From Candidatus Tepidiaquacellales bacterium OLB5 (GTDB taxonomy: Bacteria > Bacteroidota > Ignavibacteria > Tepidaquicellales > OLB5): a stretch of 49,109 nucleotides of DNA. Position numbers and translations under genes: made by a program. A model generated the notes under the pieces. It saw only the letters and a list, made by a program, of their open reading frames with translations. It was not told the DNA's origin and made no database searches. The DNA lies in NCBI GenBank assembly GCA_001567545.1, contig LLZO01000084.1, forward strand, positions 1 through 49,109, in the 5' to 3' direction. This document shows, piece after piece, positions 37,747 through 46,175 of the stretch; the first letter of the stretch is position 1; every line of letters begins with the position of its first letter.

Positions 37747-38053
37747 TGCACCTAATGAAAGATATAAAAGGTATTTTAAATTTCGGTTTTCGGGTAAGCC
37801 GGCGCTATTGGAGGTATTTAATTCTGAAGTACTTATGACCTATACTGTTTATTTAACATTAGCATTTATAAAACAATGCTGTTTAAGCTCAAATTTACAT
37901 AATTTAGCATTATAATAAAATCGAATTATAAATGCATAATTTATTCTTAAAATATTTTTATCATGCTGCAAATGCTGTATGTGTAATAATATTTTAATAA
38001 TTACTTAAAAATGCACTTTCAATTAAAAAATTCAAAAATTATATTGTATTACT

Positions 38054-38356
38054 ATGAACAGAATTTTATTTCAAATTAATTATGATGTTTTCCCTGATAA
38101 AAGGGAAGAATATATACAGACAATTAAAGAACTGGAAAGCTACATGAGATCTCATACTGACCATAATTATATGGTGGTTGAAGATAAAAACAAAACAAAT
38201 AGCTTTACAGAAGTTTATATTTTAAAGGATGAAGCTGAATTTGACGGCATGGAAGACGAAATGGATGATACAATTTACAGCTTAACAACAAAAATCTTAA
38301 GTCAATATGTAGTTGACGGTAAAACCAGGTATTCTACTTTTTACGAAGTGAACTGA
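38054..38356 (+). CDS. Hypothetical protein (possibly ABM/ferredoxin-like fold)
   Basis: 100-aa ORF with an acidic C-terminal half. No diagnostic motif. Confidence 0.45.
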   Translation: MNRILFQINYDVFPDKREEYIQTIKELESYMRSHTDHNYMVVEDKNKTNSFTEVYILKDEAEFDGMEDEMDDTIYSLTTKILSQYVVDGKTRYSTFYEVN

Positions 38357-38478
38357 AAAATATTCTGGTATTGCAATTCTGAACTGATTTCTTCAAATAA
38401 TATCCCTTTTTAATTAGACAATATAAATTTATTTTTATTGTTAATTTACACCTGTCTAAGAACTTCTATTTTAAATTT

Positions 38479-40704
38479 TTGGCAAAACTCAGAAAAAATA
38501 AAAACGAGTTTAAATCTGATAAAGCGGCAAAGTTTTTTATTGCTTTCATTACTATTGTTTTAATTACTGCAATGTTTCCACGGTATGAAACAATTGAAAC
38601 AGATTATGTTACCGGAATGGTATGGAGCAAAGAAGACCTTATTGCACCTTTCAGCTTCCCGGTTTATAAAAGTGAATCAGTTTACAACAAAGAAGTTGAA
38701 GACGCCAGGTCTAAAGTATTTCCCGTTTTTGATAATAATGCTGTAAAATCAAATGATCTTAATTGGCTGGATTCTCTAAACTCACAATTCAGCAAGCTTG
38801 TTAAAATTATAGAATATTACAATGTATTCGAAAAAGAAAAATCAATTCCAGAAGAAAAACGAACAACAAGCGAACAATCTTTAAATAAACTGAAATCTGA
38901 GCTTAACATCGTTCTTACTGAAGCCGAATGGAATAGTCTAAAAAATGTCTTAAATAATGCTGTATCTTCAGATGCATTCAGAAAAAAAATCATTCAGGCT
39001 TTAAACCTGGTTAATGATAAAAAATTAATTGATAGACCTAAAAATACAATCAAGTCCGGAAAAATTTCGTTTATTAAGAACAAAATTGAGGAAACAGTAA
39101 ATATTGATGAAGTAAGGGATATAAATGAAGCAGAAATGATCTTGAGCAGTGATTTTTCTTCATATTTTAAAAATCCGGAACTTACTGAAATTGCTCTCAA
39201 AATAGCTAAATTATACGTTTATCCTGATTATTTGTATAATGATGCCGAAACCCAGAAAATACTTTCTTCAGTAACTGATGCAGTTCCTAAAACATTCGGG
39301 CTTGTGCGTGAAAATGAAAGAATAATCAGTAAACACGAACCGATAAACGAAGCAGCAAAGCTGAAACTGGAATCTTATAAAAAGATCAGGAATGAACAGA
39401 TGGGATCCAGCGATTTTTACCTGCAGCAATCCGGCAGATTTTTGTTTGTTTCGCTTATGATCTTTCTGCTTGGGATTTTCCTGTTTAAAATGAGGAATAC
39501 TATTTACGAAGATAACCTGAAACTTATCTTAATTTCTACTATTATTCTGTTTCAATGTCTTCTTTCTTACCTTAGTTTGCAGCTAAAAATAAATTATCCT
39601 ATAGAATATATAATTTTTGTTCCTGTTGCAGCTATGCTTCTTACAATTATATTCGATTCCAGGGTAGCTGTTTACGCAATTATAATTATTTGCATTCTTG
39701 TCTCTGCTGTTCGCGGGGGAGATTATGATATTTTAATTCCGAATTTTGCTGCTTCTGTTCTTGTTGTGTATTCAGTAAGGGATATCAAAAAAAGGTCACA
39801 GATATTTGTTTCGATGATATATATACTCATCGGTTTTTTCGCTGCAATAATTGCAATCGGGCTTGAAAGGTATGAAGATGTACACATAATCAAAAATCAG
39901 CTTATAAGTGCCGGACTTAATGCACTTCTTTCGCCTATACTCGCTTACGGTCTGCTTATTTTTTACGAAAAAGTATTCCGTGTAGCTACCGACCTGGTAT
40001 TCCTTGAGCTTTCAGATTTTAATAATCCATTGCTTAGAGACCTGTCTTCAAAAGCTCCCGGAACATTTCATCATTCTATTATAATGGGCAATCTTTCAGA
40101 GCAGGCAGCAAAAGAAATAGGTGCTAACCAGATTCTTGCAAGGGTAGGGTGTTATTATCATGATATCGGTAAAATTATGAACCCTGACTATTTTGTAGAA
40201 AACCAGATGGATTCAAATAAGCATGAAGAGCTAAATCCCTCTTTAAGCGCTAAAATGATAATAGCCCATGTTAAGAACGGCATAAAGCTTGCCGAAAGGT
40301 TCAGATTGCCAAATGAAATAATAAATTTTATCCCCATGCATCACGGGACAAATTTGGTATCTTATTTTTACGAAAAAGCCAGGACCGAAGAAGGTGAAAT
40401 TGATACCACACATGAATATATTTACCGGTATCCCGGTCCCAAGCCGCAGACCAAAGAAACAGGAATTGTTATGCTTGCTGATTCGGTAGAAGCGGCAACA
40501 AGATCCATTGAAGACCCAACGCCTGCAAAGCTGGAAACGCAGATCAGCGAAATTATTAAAGCGCGCTTTCTGGACGGTGAGCTGGATGAATGCGACCTTA
40601 CTCTTAAAGACCTTATAAAAATTAAGCAAAGCTTCCTTAAAACACTTGTTGGCATACACCATCACAGAATCAAATATCCTGAATCTGCTGATGAAGAAGA
40701 GTGA
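38479..40704 (+). CDS. 7TM receptor with intracellular HD hydrolase (PgpH-like HDIG phosphohydrolase)
   Basis: 741-aa ORF with a TTG start. It has an extracytoplasmic N-domain, about 7 TM segments (residues ~315-500), and an HD domain (HHSIIMGNLSE...YYHDIGK...HHG). Confidence 0.85.
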   Translation: MAKLRKNKNEFKSDKAAKFFIAFITIVLITAMFPRYETIETDYVTGMVWSKEDLIAPFSFPVYKSESVYNKEVEDARSKVFPVFDNNAVKSNDLNWLDSLNSQFSKLVKIIEYYNVFEKEKSIPEEKRTTSEQSLNKLKSELNIVLTEAEWNSLKNVLNNAVSSDAFRKKIIQALNLVNDKKLIDRPKNTIKSGKISFIKNKIEETVNIDEVRDINEAEMILSSDFSSYFKNPELTEIALKIAKLYVYPDYLYNDAETQKILSSVTDAVPKTFGLVRENERIISKHEPINEAAKLKLESYKKIRNEQMGSSDFYLQQSGRFLFVSLMIFLLGIFLFKMRNTIYEDNLKLILISTIILFQCLLSYLSLQLKINYPIEYIIFVPVAAMLLTIIFDSRVAVYAIIIICILVSAVRGGDYDILIPNFAASVLVVYSVRDIKKRSQIFVSMIYILIGFFAAIIAIGLERYEDVHIIKNQLISAGLNALLSPILAYGLLIFYEKVFRVATDLVFLELSDFNNPLLRDLSSKAPGTFHHSIIMGNLSEQAAKEIGANQILARVGCYYHDIGKIMNPDYFVENQMDSNKHEELNPSLSAKMIIAHVKNGIKLAERFRLPNEIINFIPMHHGTNLVSYFYEKARTEEGEIDTTHEYIYRYPGPKPQTKETGIVMLADSVEAATRSIEDPTPAKLETQISEIIKARFLDGELDECDLTLKDLIKIKQSFLKTLVGIHHHRIKYPESADEEE

Positions 40705-41617
40705 AATAGTAAATCACGGGAATATAAATTCGCAGGATATAACATATTTTTTGCTTTTCCTGGAGCTAGAAAGATCATTATCGCAAAATACAATTGACTC
40801 TTATAAATTTGACCTGCAAAAATTCAGTGAATTTTTAACCGCTCAGGGCATTTCTTCATTTGAAGCTGTGAATGATTCTGCAATTGAAAAGTATCTTTCA
40901 TTATTAAAAAAAGAATACAGGTCATCAACAATTGCACGCATGCTTTCTGCATTAAGGCAGTTTTATGACCATATGATAGATGCAAAAAGATACGGCATTA
41001 ATGTCAATCCGCTAGAGCTTTTCGACTCGCCAAAATTAAGCCGTAAGCTCCCGGAAGTGCTTACCGTGGAAGAAGTTGAAAAAATCCTTTCGCAGCCCGA
41101 TGTAAATAATGCCCTTGGACTGAGGGATAAAACCATTCTTGAATTAATGTATGCCTGCGGACTAAGGGTAAGTGAAGTGCTGACTGTTAAAACATCGAAT
41201 ATTATGTTTAATGATGAGCTGGTAAGGATAACCGGCAAAGGTTCAAAAGAAAGAATTGTGCCGGCAGCGTCATCTTCACTTGAATGGGTGAAAATTTATA
41301 TTTCAAATTCACGCTCGGTACTGGCTAAACCTTATTCCGAAGATTACCTGTTCCTTAACTGGCGTGGAAGGAAGCTCAGCAGAATGTCTATTTGGGATAT
41401 AATCAACAAATATTCCAAATTGGCAAAGATAGAAAAAAATATACACCCCCATATTTTAAGGCACTCATTTGCAACTCATCTGCTTGAAGGCGGCGCTGAC
41501 CTCAGAAGTATTCAGGAAATGCTGGGACATGCTGATATAAGCACAACTCAGATCTATACTCACATTGATATTTCATATTTAAAACAGGTGCATAAGGAAT
41601 TTCATCCGCGAAGCTGA
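40691..41617 (+). CDS. xerD: Site-specific tyrosine recombinase XerD
   Basis: I prefer the ATG at 40691 (MKKSEIV..) over the track start at 40646. That choice leaves a 14-nt overlap with the upstream gene. C-terminal catalytic region: HILRHSFATHLLEGGADLRSIQEMLGHADISTTQIYTH. Confidence 0.85.
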   Translation: MKKSEIVNHGNINSQDITYFLLFLELERSLSQNTIDSYKFDLQKFSEFLTAQGISSFEAVNDSAIEKYLSLLKKEYRSSTIARMLSALRQFYDHMIDAKRYGINVNPLELFDSPKLSRKLPEVLTVEEVEKILSQPDVNNALGLRDKTILELMYACGLRVSEVLTVKTSNIMFNDELVRITGKGSKERIVPAASSSLEWVKIYISNSRSVLAKPYSEDYLFLNWRGRKLSRMSIWDIINKYSKLAKIEKNIHPHILRHSFATHLLEGGADLRSIQEMLGHADISTTQIYTHIDISYLKQVHKEFHPRS

Positions 41618-41621
41618 ACTT

Positions 41622-43037
41622 TCATTCGGTTTGCAGAATCTTATCTTTAATTTTGTACAAATAATCCAGGGCTGCATCATATTCATTCGGTATAATACCG
41701 TCCAGGATAGCTTCTTCGATTGCAGTTTTAAGCATACCTACTTTTCTAGATGGCTCCAAGTTACATATTTTCATTATTTCTTCTCCTCTAACGGGTGACT
41801 GGAAGTTTCTTATCTTATCTCGTTCTTCAACTTCTGCTACTTTCTTTTCAACAATATCAAAATTCTCTAGGTATTTTTTAACTTTAGCCGGGTCTTTAGA
41901 AGTAATATCTGCCCTGCAAAGTGTAAACAGGTCTTCAATATCATCGCCTGCATCAAAAATAAGCCTTCTGATTGCAGAATCAGTTACATTTTCACCCACC
42001 AGTGAAATCGGCCTTAAATGCAGCCTCACCAGCTTTTCAACATAGGGCAGCTTATCGAACGGAAGCTTTAGTCTTGTGAATATTTTTTTCTGCCACCTTG
42101 CTCCCAAATCCTCGTGACCGTGGAAAGTCCATCCTGTACCTTCCACAAACTTTTTTGTCGGGGGTTTTGCAATATCATGCATTAATGCGGCAAATCTTAA
42201 CCACAAATTATCAGTTTTTAGAGAGATATTATCTACTACCTGGAGCGTATGGTAAAATACATCTTTATGATGAAAATCTTTTCGCTGGTCAACTCCTTCA
42301 AGGTTATGAACTTCGGGGAAAATAATTTCCATTAAGCCTGATTTGAATAAAAGCTTTAAACCAACCGAGGGTTTCGGAGAGGATAGAATTTTAAGGAATT
42401 CATCTGTGATACGCTCCTGAGAAACCACAGTATCTTCACCCTTTGTTATCCTGATGCGTTCTTTCATCAGCTTAACAGCATGAAATGTATCCCCTGCAAT
42501 TTCAAACCCCAGCTGCGAAGCAAAACGGCATGCACGCATCATTCTAAGAGGGTCATCACTGAATGTCTTTTCAGGCTCAAGAGGTGTTCTTAATACTTTT
42601 TCTTTCAGGTCTGTTAACCCGTCAAAAAGGTCAATTATTTCTTCATTATCTCCGGTCAGCGGTACTGCAAGCGCATTAACAGTAAAATCTCTTCGTTTAA
42701 GGTCGTCTTCAAGGCCGGCAAGCTTTATCTCGGGTTTTCGTGAACTGCTCCTGTAGCTTTCTGTTCTCGCGGAAGCGAACTCTATTTTATTATCATCCAG
42801 CTGAAGCAGGGCAGTGCCGAATTTTTTATAAACTGCTGCAAGAGCAACTCCGTAATCCTTAGCTGCCAGCTCAGCAAATTTTATCCCGTCACCAATAACT
42901 GTAATATCTATGTCGGTTTTATCCAGTCCCAATAGCTTGTCTCTGACATAACCTCCAACTACATAAGCCTTAATATTGTTAATTTCAGCCAATCGCGAAA
43001 TTCTGTTTAAAATTTTATTTGATTTAATAAAATCCAT
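41622..43037 (-). CDS. CCA-adding enzyme / poly(A) polymerase family nucleotidyltransferase with HD domain
   Basis: I prefer the internal ATG (MDFIKSNKIL..., 471 aa), because the longer ORF would overlap the upstream gene. VVGGYVRDKLLG..DIDI, RDFTVNA, and the HD region HHKDVFYHT...HDIAKP. Confidence 0.85.
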   Translation of the reverse strand: MDFIKSNKILNRISRLAEINNIKAYVVGGYVRDKLLGLDKTDIDITVIGDGIKFAELAAKDYGVALAAVYKKFGTALLQLDDNKIEFASARTESYRSSSRKPEIKLAGLEDDLKRRDFTVNALAVPLTGDNEEIIDLFDGLTDLKEKVLRTPLEPEKTFSDDPLRMMRACRFASQLGFEIAGDTFHAVKLMKERIRITKGEDTVVSQERITDEFLKILSSPKPSVGLKLLFKSGLMEIIFPEVHNLEGVDQRKDFHHKDVFYHTLQVVDNISLKTDNLWLRFAALMHDIAKPPTKKFVEGTGWTFHGHEDLGARWQKKIFTRLKLPFDKLPYVEKLVRLHLRPISLVGENVTDSAIRRLIFDAGDDIEDLFTLCRADITSKDPAKVKKYLENFDIVEKKVAEVEERDKIRNFQSPVRGEEIMKICNLEPSRKVGMLKTAIEEAILDGIIPNEYDAALDYLYKIKDKILQTE

Positions 43038-43044
43038 TTGAATT

Positions 43045-44045
43045 TTAAGCTTTTCTGCTTTCTTTAACAATTTGTAAAATTTTATCGGCAACTTCAACTG
43101 CTTCCCTGCCTGCATTCAGCGATACTTTTACCGGCTTATCTTCGATGATGCTTGTAATAAATGATTCCAGTTCATTTTTTATCGGGTTAATGCTTTCAGC
43201 ATTTTCAGGCTTTGGTTCTTCATACACTATCTTTTTGGTCTCTGAAAGCGGGAATGCCATACCTGTATCGGGGGTATTAATATCTGTCAGCCTGAAGACT
43301 TCTGATTTGTTGTTCAAAAAATCAATGGATATATAAGCATTATTCTGGAATACCCTCATTTTCCGCATTTTTTTTCAGTGAAATTCTGCTTGAGGTCAGA
43401 TTTGCAACACAGCCGTTTTCAAGTGTTAGGCGGGCATTAGCTATATCAATTTCATCCGAAATTACGGCAACGCCGTTTGCATCTATTTTTTTTACGGCTG
43501 ATTTAGCCAGATGAAGTATTATATCAATATCATGTATCATCAGGTCCTGTATGACAGAAACATCTGTTCCCCGCGGGTTAAACTGTGCCAGCCTGTGAGA
43601 CTCAATGAACATTGGCTTTATTTCAAATTTATCAATAGCAGTAAGCGCAGGGTTAAATCTTTCCACATGTCCAACCTGTATTTTAACATTTTTGCCTCCC
43701 GCAATTTTGCTTAACTCTTCAGCTTCTGCCAGAGAGCTTGTTACCGGCTTTTCGATGAACAAATGGATATTCTTTTCAAGAGCCCTTTTAGCAATATCAA
43801 AATGGGTGCTGGTAGGGGTCACAATTACCAATGCGTCAATTACATTAAGCATTTCATCCAGTGAACCGTATGCCGGGATTTTATATTCTCTGCTTACAGC
43901 TTCCAGAATATCGTTATCGGTATCATACACACCGGAAAAATTAATACTGCCATCCTTTGAAGCAATTTCATTCAGCAGCCTGATATGGATCTTTCCAAGA
44001 TGTCCGCAGCCTGCAAGTCCTATATTTAATTTTTTTTGCGTTCAC
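43045..44045 (-). pseudogene. Gfo/Idh/MocA family oxidoreductase interrupted by two 1-nt frameshifts, each in an 8-nt homopolymer
   Basis: The ORFs at 43045-43368 and 43340-43930, plus an upstream start-less segment, encode the Rossmann motif (KLNIGLAGCGHLGKIH). Shortening each run (T8 on the + strand at 43368-43375 and 44030-44037) by one base restores a single 999-nt ORF. It starts at GTG 44045 (MNAKKLNIGLAGCGHLG...) and reads ..ISLKKMRKMRVFQNNAYISIDF... Confidence 0.8.
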
Positions 44046-44060
44046 TTTTTTCTAAAAATT

Positions 44061-44941
44061 TTATGAAATATCAATGCTTACACGGTGCATTATAAACACA
44101 CCAATTAATGTTATTACAGAACCAATTACAAAAAAAAGGGAAATATGCTCACCCAGAAATATAATAGAAAAAAATACAGTAAGCACGGGTGAAATATTTG
44201 AAAGGGTGGTCAGCTTGCTTACAGCAATATTCCTTAATGCATAGTACCACACAAAGTATGCAAGGTAAGCCACTATTACAGATAAATAGATAAAACCAAT
44301 GATTCCCCTGTACGTTAAATTTGCCGTTGTAAAGTTCGGCAGGTCATAAATAAAAAGAGGAATATACATCACACTGCCTGTTAAAAATACAAACGCTGAA
44401 GTTTTTAATGCCCCGTATTTTTCTATGGTTTTTTTGCCAAGTGTTAAATAAAGAGAAAATGTTAGAACTGCAAAAAGAAGTAATATATCACCTGATATAA
44501 CATCACCGCTTAAAACAGTTGAGGTAAATCCTTCATAAAATATAAAGAAAATACCGGCAACCGTAAGCAGAATTGCAGCTAATTTTGATAAATGGAATTT
44601 TTCATATTTCAGGATCACCGCTATTACGTACGCATAAACCGGGTTTAACGAATAAATTATCCCGCTGTGTGAGGCAAAGCTAAGCTTGATGCCGCTTAAA
44701 AAGAAAAACTGATTCAATGGTATGCATAACAAAGCCAGCAGTAAAAGCCCGGGATAATCTTTTTTTCAAACTTAAGGTTTTGCTTCCTGAATTTAAGTGT
44801 AATATAAAAAAGAACTGCAGCAAGCCCGAAACGAAAGAAGCCGAATGATATTGGTGATATTTCAGCTACACTTATCTTGGCAAAGATGGGTGTAAAAGTT
44901 GCTGCCAGCGTAATAAACACCAGCAGCATAATATTTTTCAT
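44061..44941 (-). pseudogene. EamA/DMT-family transporter interrupted by a frameshift in an A7 run
   Basis: The ORFs at 44714-44941 and 44061-44732 are two halves of a 10-TM DMT protein. The downstream frame reads ..KKDYPGLLLLALLCIPLNQFFFLSGIKL.. Adding one A to the run (+ strand T7 at 44760-44766) gives an 882-nt ORF of 293 aa. Confidence 0.75.
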
Positions 44942-44956
44942 ATCCTGCAGTACTGC

Positions 44957-45055
44957 TTATTTTTTGGCTTTAGATTTCATTTCTTTGATCTTAGCTTTTA
45001 CCTTAGCCTGTTTTTTTCTGTGTTTTGAAGCTACCTTTTTTAATTTTTTATTCAT
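44957..45055 (-). CDS. Unannotated 32-aa lysine-rich ORF (MNKKLKKVASKHRKKQAKVKAKIKEMKSKAKK)
   Basis: An ATG...TAA ORF that I translated by hand from the minus strand. It fills the 139-nt gap between fbaB and the EamA gene and is co-directional with both. It is 50% Lys and is below the ORF-track length cutoff. Confidence 0.35.
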   Translation of the reverse strand: MNKKLKKVASKHRKKQAKVKAKIKEMKSKAKK

Positions 45056-45080
45056 TTTTTGTTATTTTATTGATTTTTCT

Positions 45081-46142
45081 TTATGCTATTGTTACATTTT
45101 TATCAAGATAAACATCCTGTATCGCATTTAGCAGCTCAACCCCGTCTTTCATCGGTTTCTGGAAAGCTTTTCTGCCTGAAATCAGTCCCATACCGCCGGC
45201 TCTTTTGTTTATCACTGCAGTTTTAACCGCTTCTTTCAGATCGCTGTCGCCTTTGCCAGTAGATGCTCCGCCTGAATTAATTAAACCGCACCTGCCCATA
45301 TAACAGTTGGCAACCTGGTATCTTGTCAGGTCAATCGGGTTATCGCTTGAAAGCTTTTCATAAACAAGCTTGCTTGTTTTACCGAACTTAACTGCATTAT
45401 ACCCGCCGTTGTTTTCAGGAAGCTTCTGTTTGATTATATCAGCTTCAATTGTGACTCCCAAATGATTTCCCTGTCCGGTTAGATCTGCTGATAAATGATA
45501 ATCCTTATCACCCTTAACATTAAAAGCTGAATTCCTGAGGTAGCACCATAATATTGTTACCATTCCAAGCTCATGTGCGTACTGGAAGGCCTGTGAGATT
45601 TCCTGTATCTGCCTTGATGATTCATCAGAGCCGAAATAAATTGTAGCGCCAATACCGGCTGCACCCATATTGAATGCCTGCTCAACACTGCCAAAAAGTA
45701 TCTGGTCGTATTTGTTGGGGTATGATAAAAATTCATTGTGATTTATTTTAAGTATGAAAGGGATCTTATGAGCATATTTTCTTGAAACAGCGCCCAAAAC
45801 TCCAAGTGTTGATGCAACTGCATTGCAGCCCCCTTCAAGGCCAAGCTTAACTATATTTTCCGGGTCAAAATATACCGGGTTTGGCGAAAACGATGCCCCT
45901 GCAGAGTGTTCTATACCCTGGTCAACCGGCAGTATGGAAAGGTAACCTGTACCGCTTAACCTGCCTGAATTGAAGATTGCCTGCATGTTTCGCAGTACCT
46001 GCGGTGAACGGTCTGAATCCTTCCATATTCTGTCAACAAAATCCGGTCCGGGTAAATGCAGGTCATCTTTTAAAATTGTATTGCTTTTATGTTCAAGCAG
46101 TGATGCATCACTTCCCAATAAATCTTTAATATTTAAAGCCAT
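45081..46142 (-). CDS. fbaB: Class I fructose-bisphosphate aldolase (FbaB/DhnA type)
   Basis: 353-aa ORF, collinear with my recollection of E. coli FbaB over its whole length. Examples: [83 protein letters not shown]. Confidence 0.95.
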   Translation of the reverse strand: MALNIKDLLGSDASLLEHKSNTILKDDLHLPGPDFVDRIWKDSDRSPQVLRNMQAIFNSGRLSGTGYLSILPVDQGIEHSAGASFSPNPVYFDPENIVKLGLEGGCNAVASTLGVLGAVSRKYAHKIPFILKINHNEFLSYPNKYDQILFGSVEQAFNMGAAGIGATIYFGSDESSRQIQEISQAFQYAHELGMVTILWCYLRNSAFNVKGDKDYHLSADLTGQGNHLGVTIEADIIKQKLPENNGGYNAVKFGKTSKLVYEKLSSDNPIDLTRYQVANCYMGRCGLINSGGASTGKGDSDLKEAVKTAVINKRAGGMGLISGRKAFQKPMKDGVELLNAIQDVYLDKNVTIA

Positions 46143-46175
46143 TGTATTATTATCTCCTGTATATTCAGTTTAATT

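Noticed and set aside
37307-37915. 202-aa + strand ORF
   Set aside because: It is almost entirely antisense to the well-supported kup gene, with low-complexity composition and no recognisable motifs. It is a shadow ORF.
37747-38053. c-di-AMP (ydaO/kimA-type) riboswitch upstream of kup
   Set aside because: The spacer is extremely AT-rich and lacks the GC-rich conserved ACGGGGA/CCCGA-type cores of that riboswitch class.
40691-41617. Tyrosine recombinase as a marker of an integrated mobile element
   Set aside because: The sequence and length fit chromosomal XerD (..LRHSFATHLLEGGADLRSIQEMLGHADISTTQIYTH). It overlaps the stop of the housekeeping PgpH-like gene. No flanking tRNA, att-like repeats or phage/plasmid genes are present.
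43605-44066. 153-aa + strand ORF
   Set aside because: It is antisense to the Gfo/Idh/MocA oxidoreductase and is a shadow ORF.
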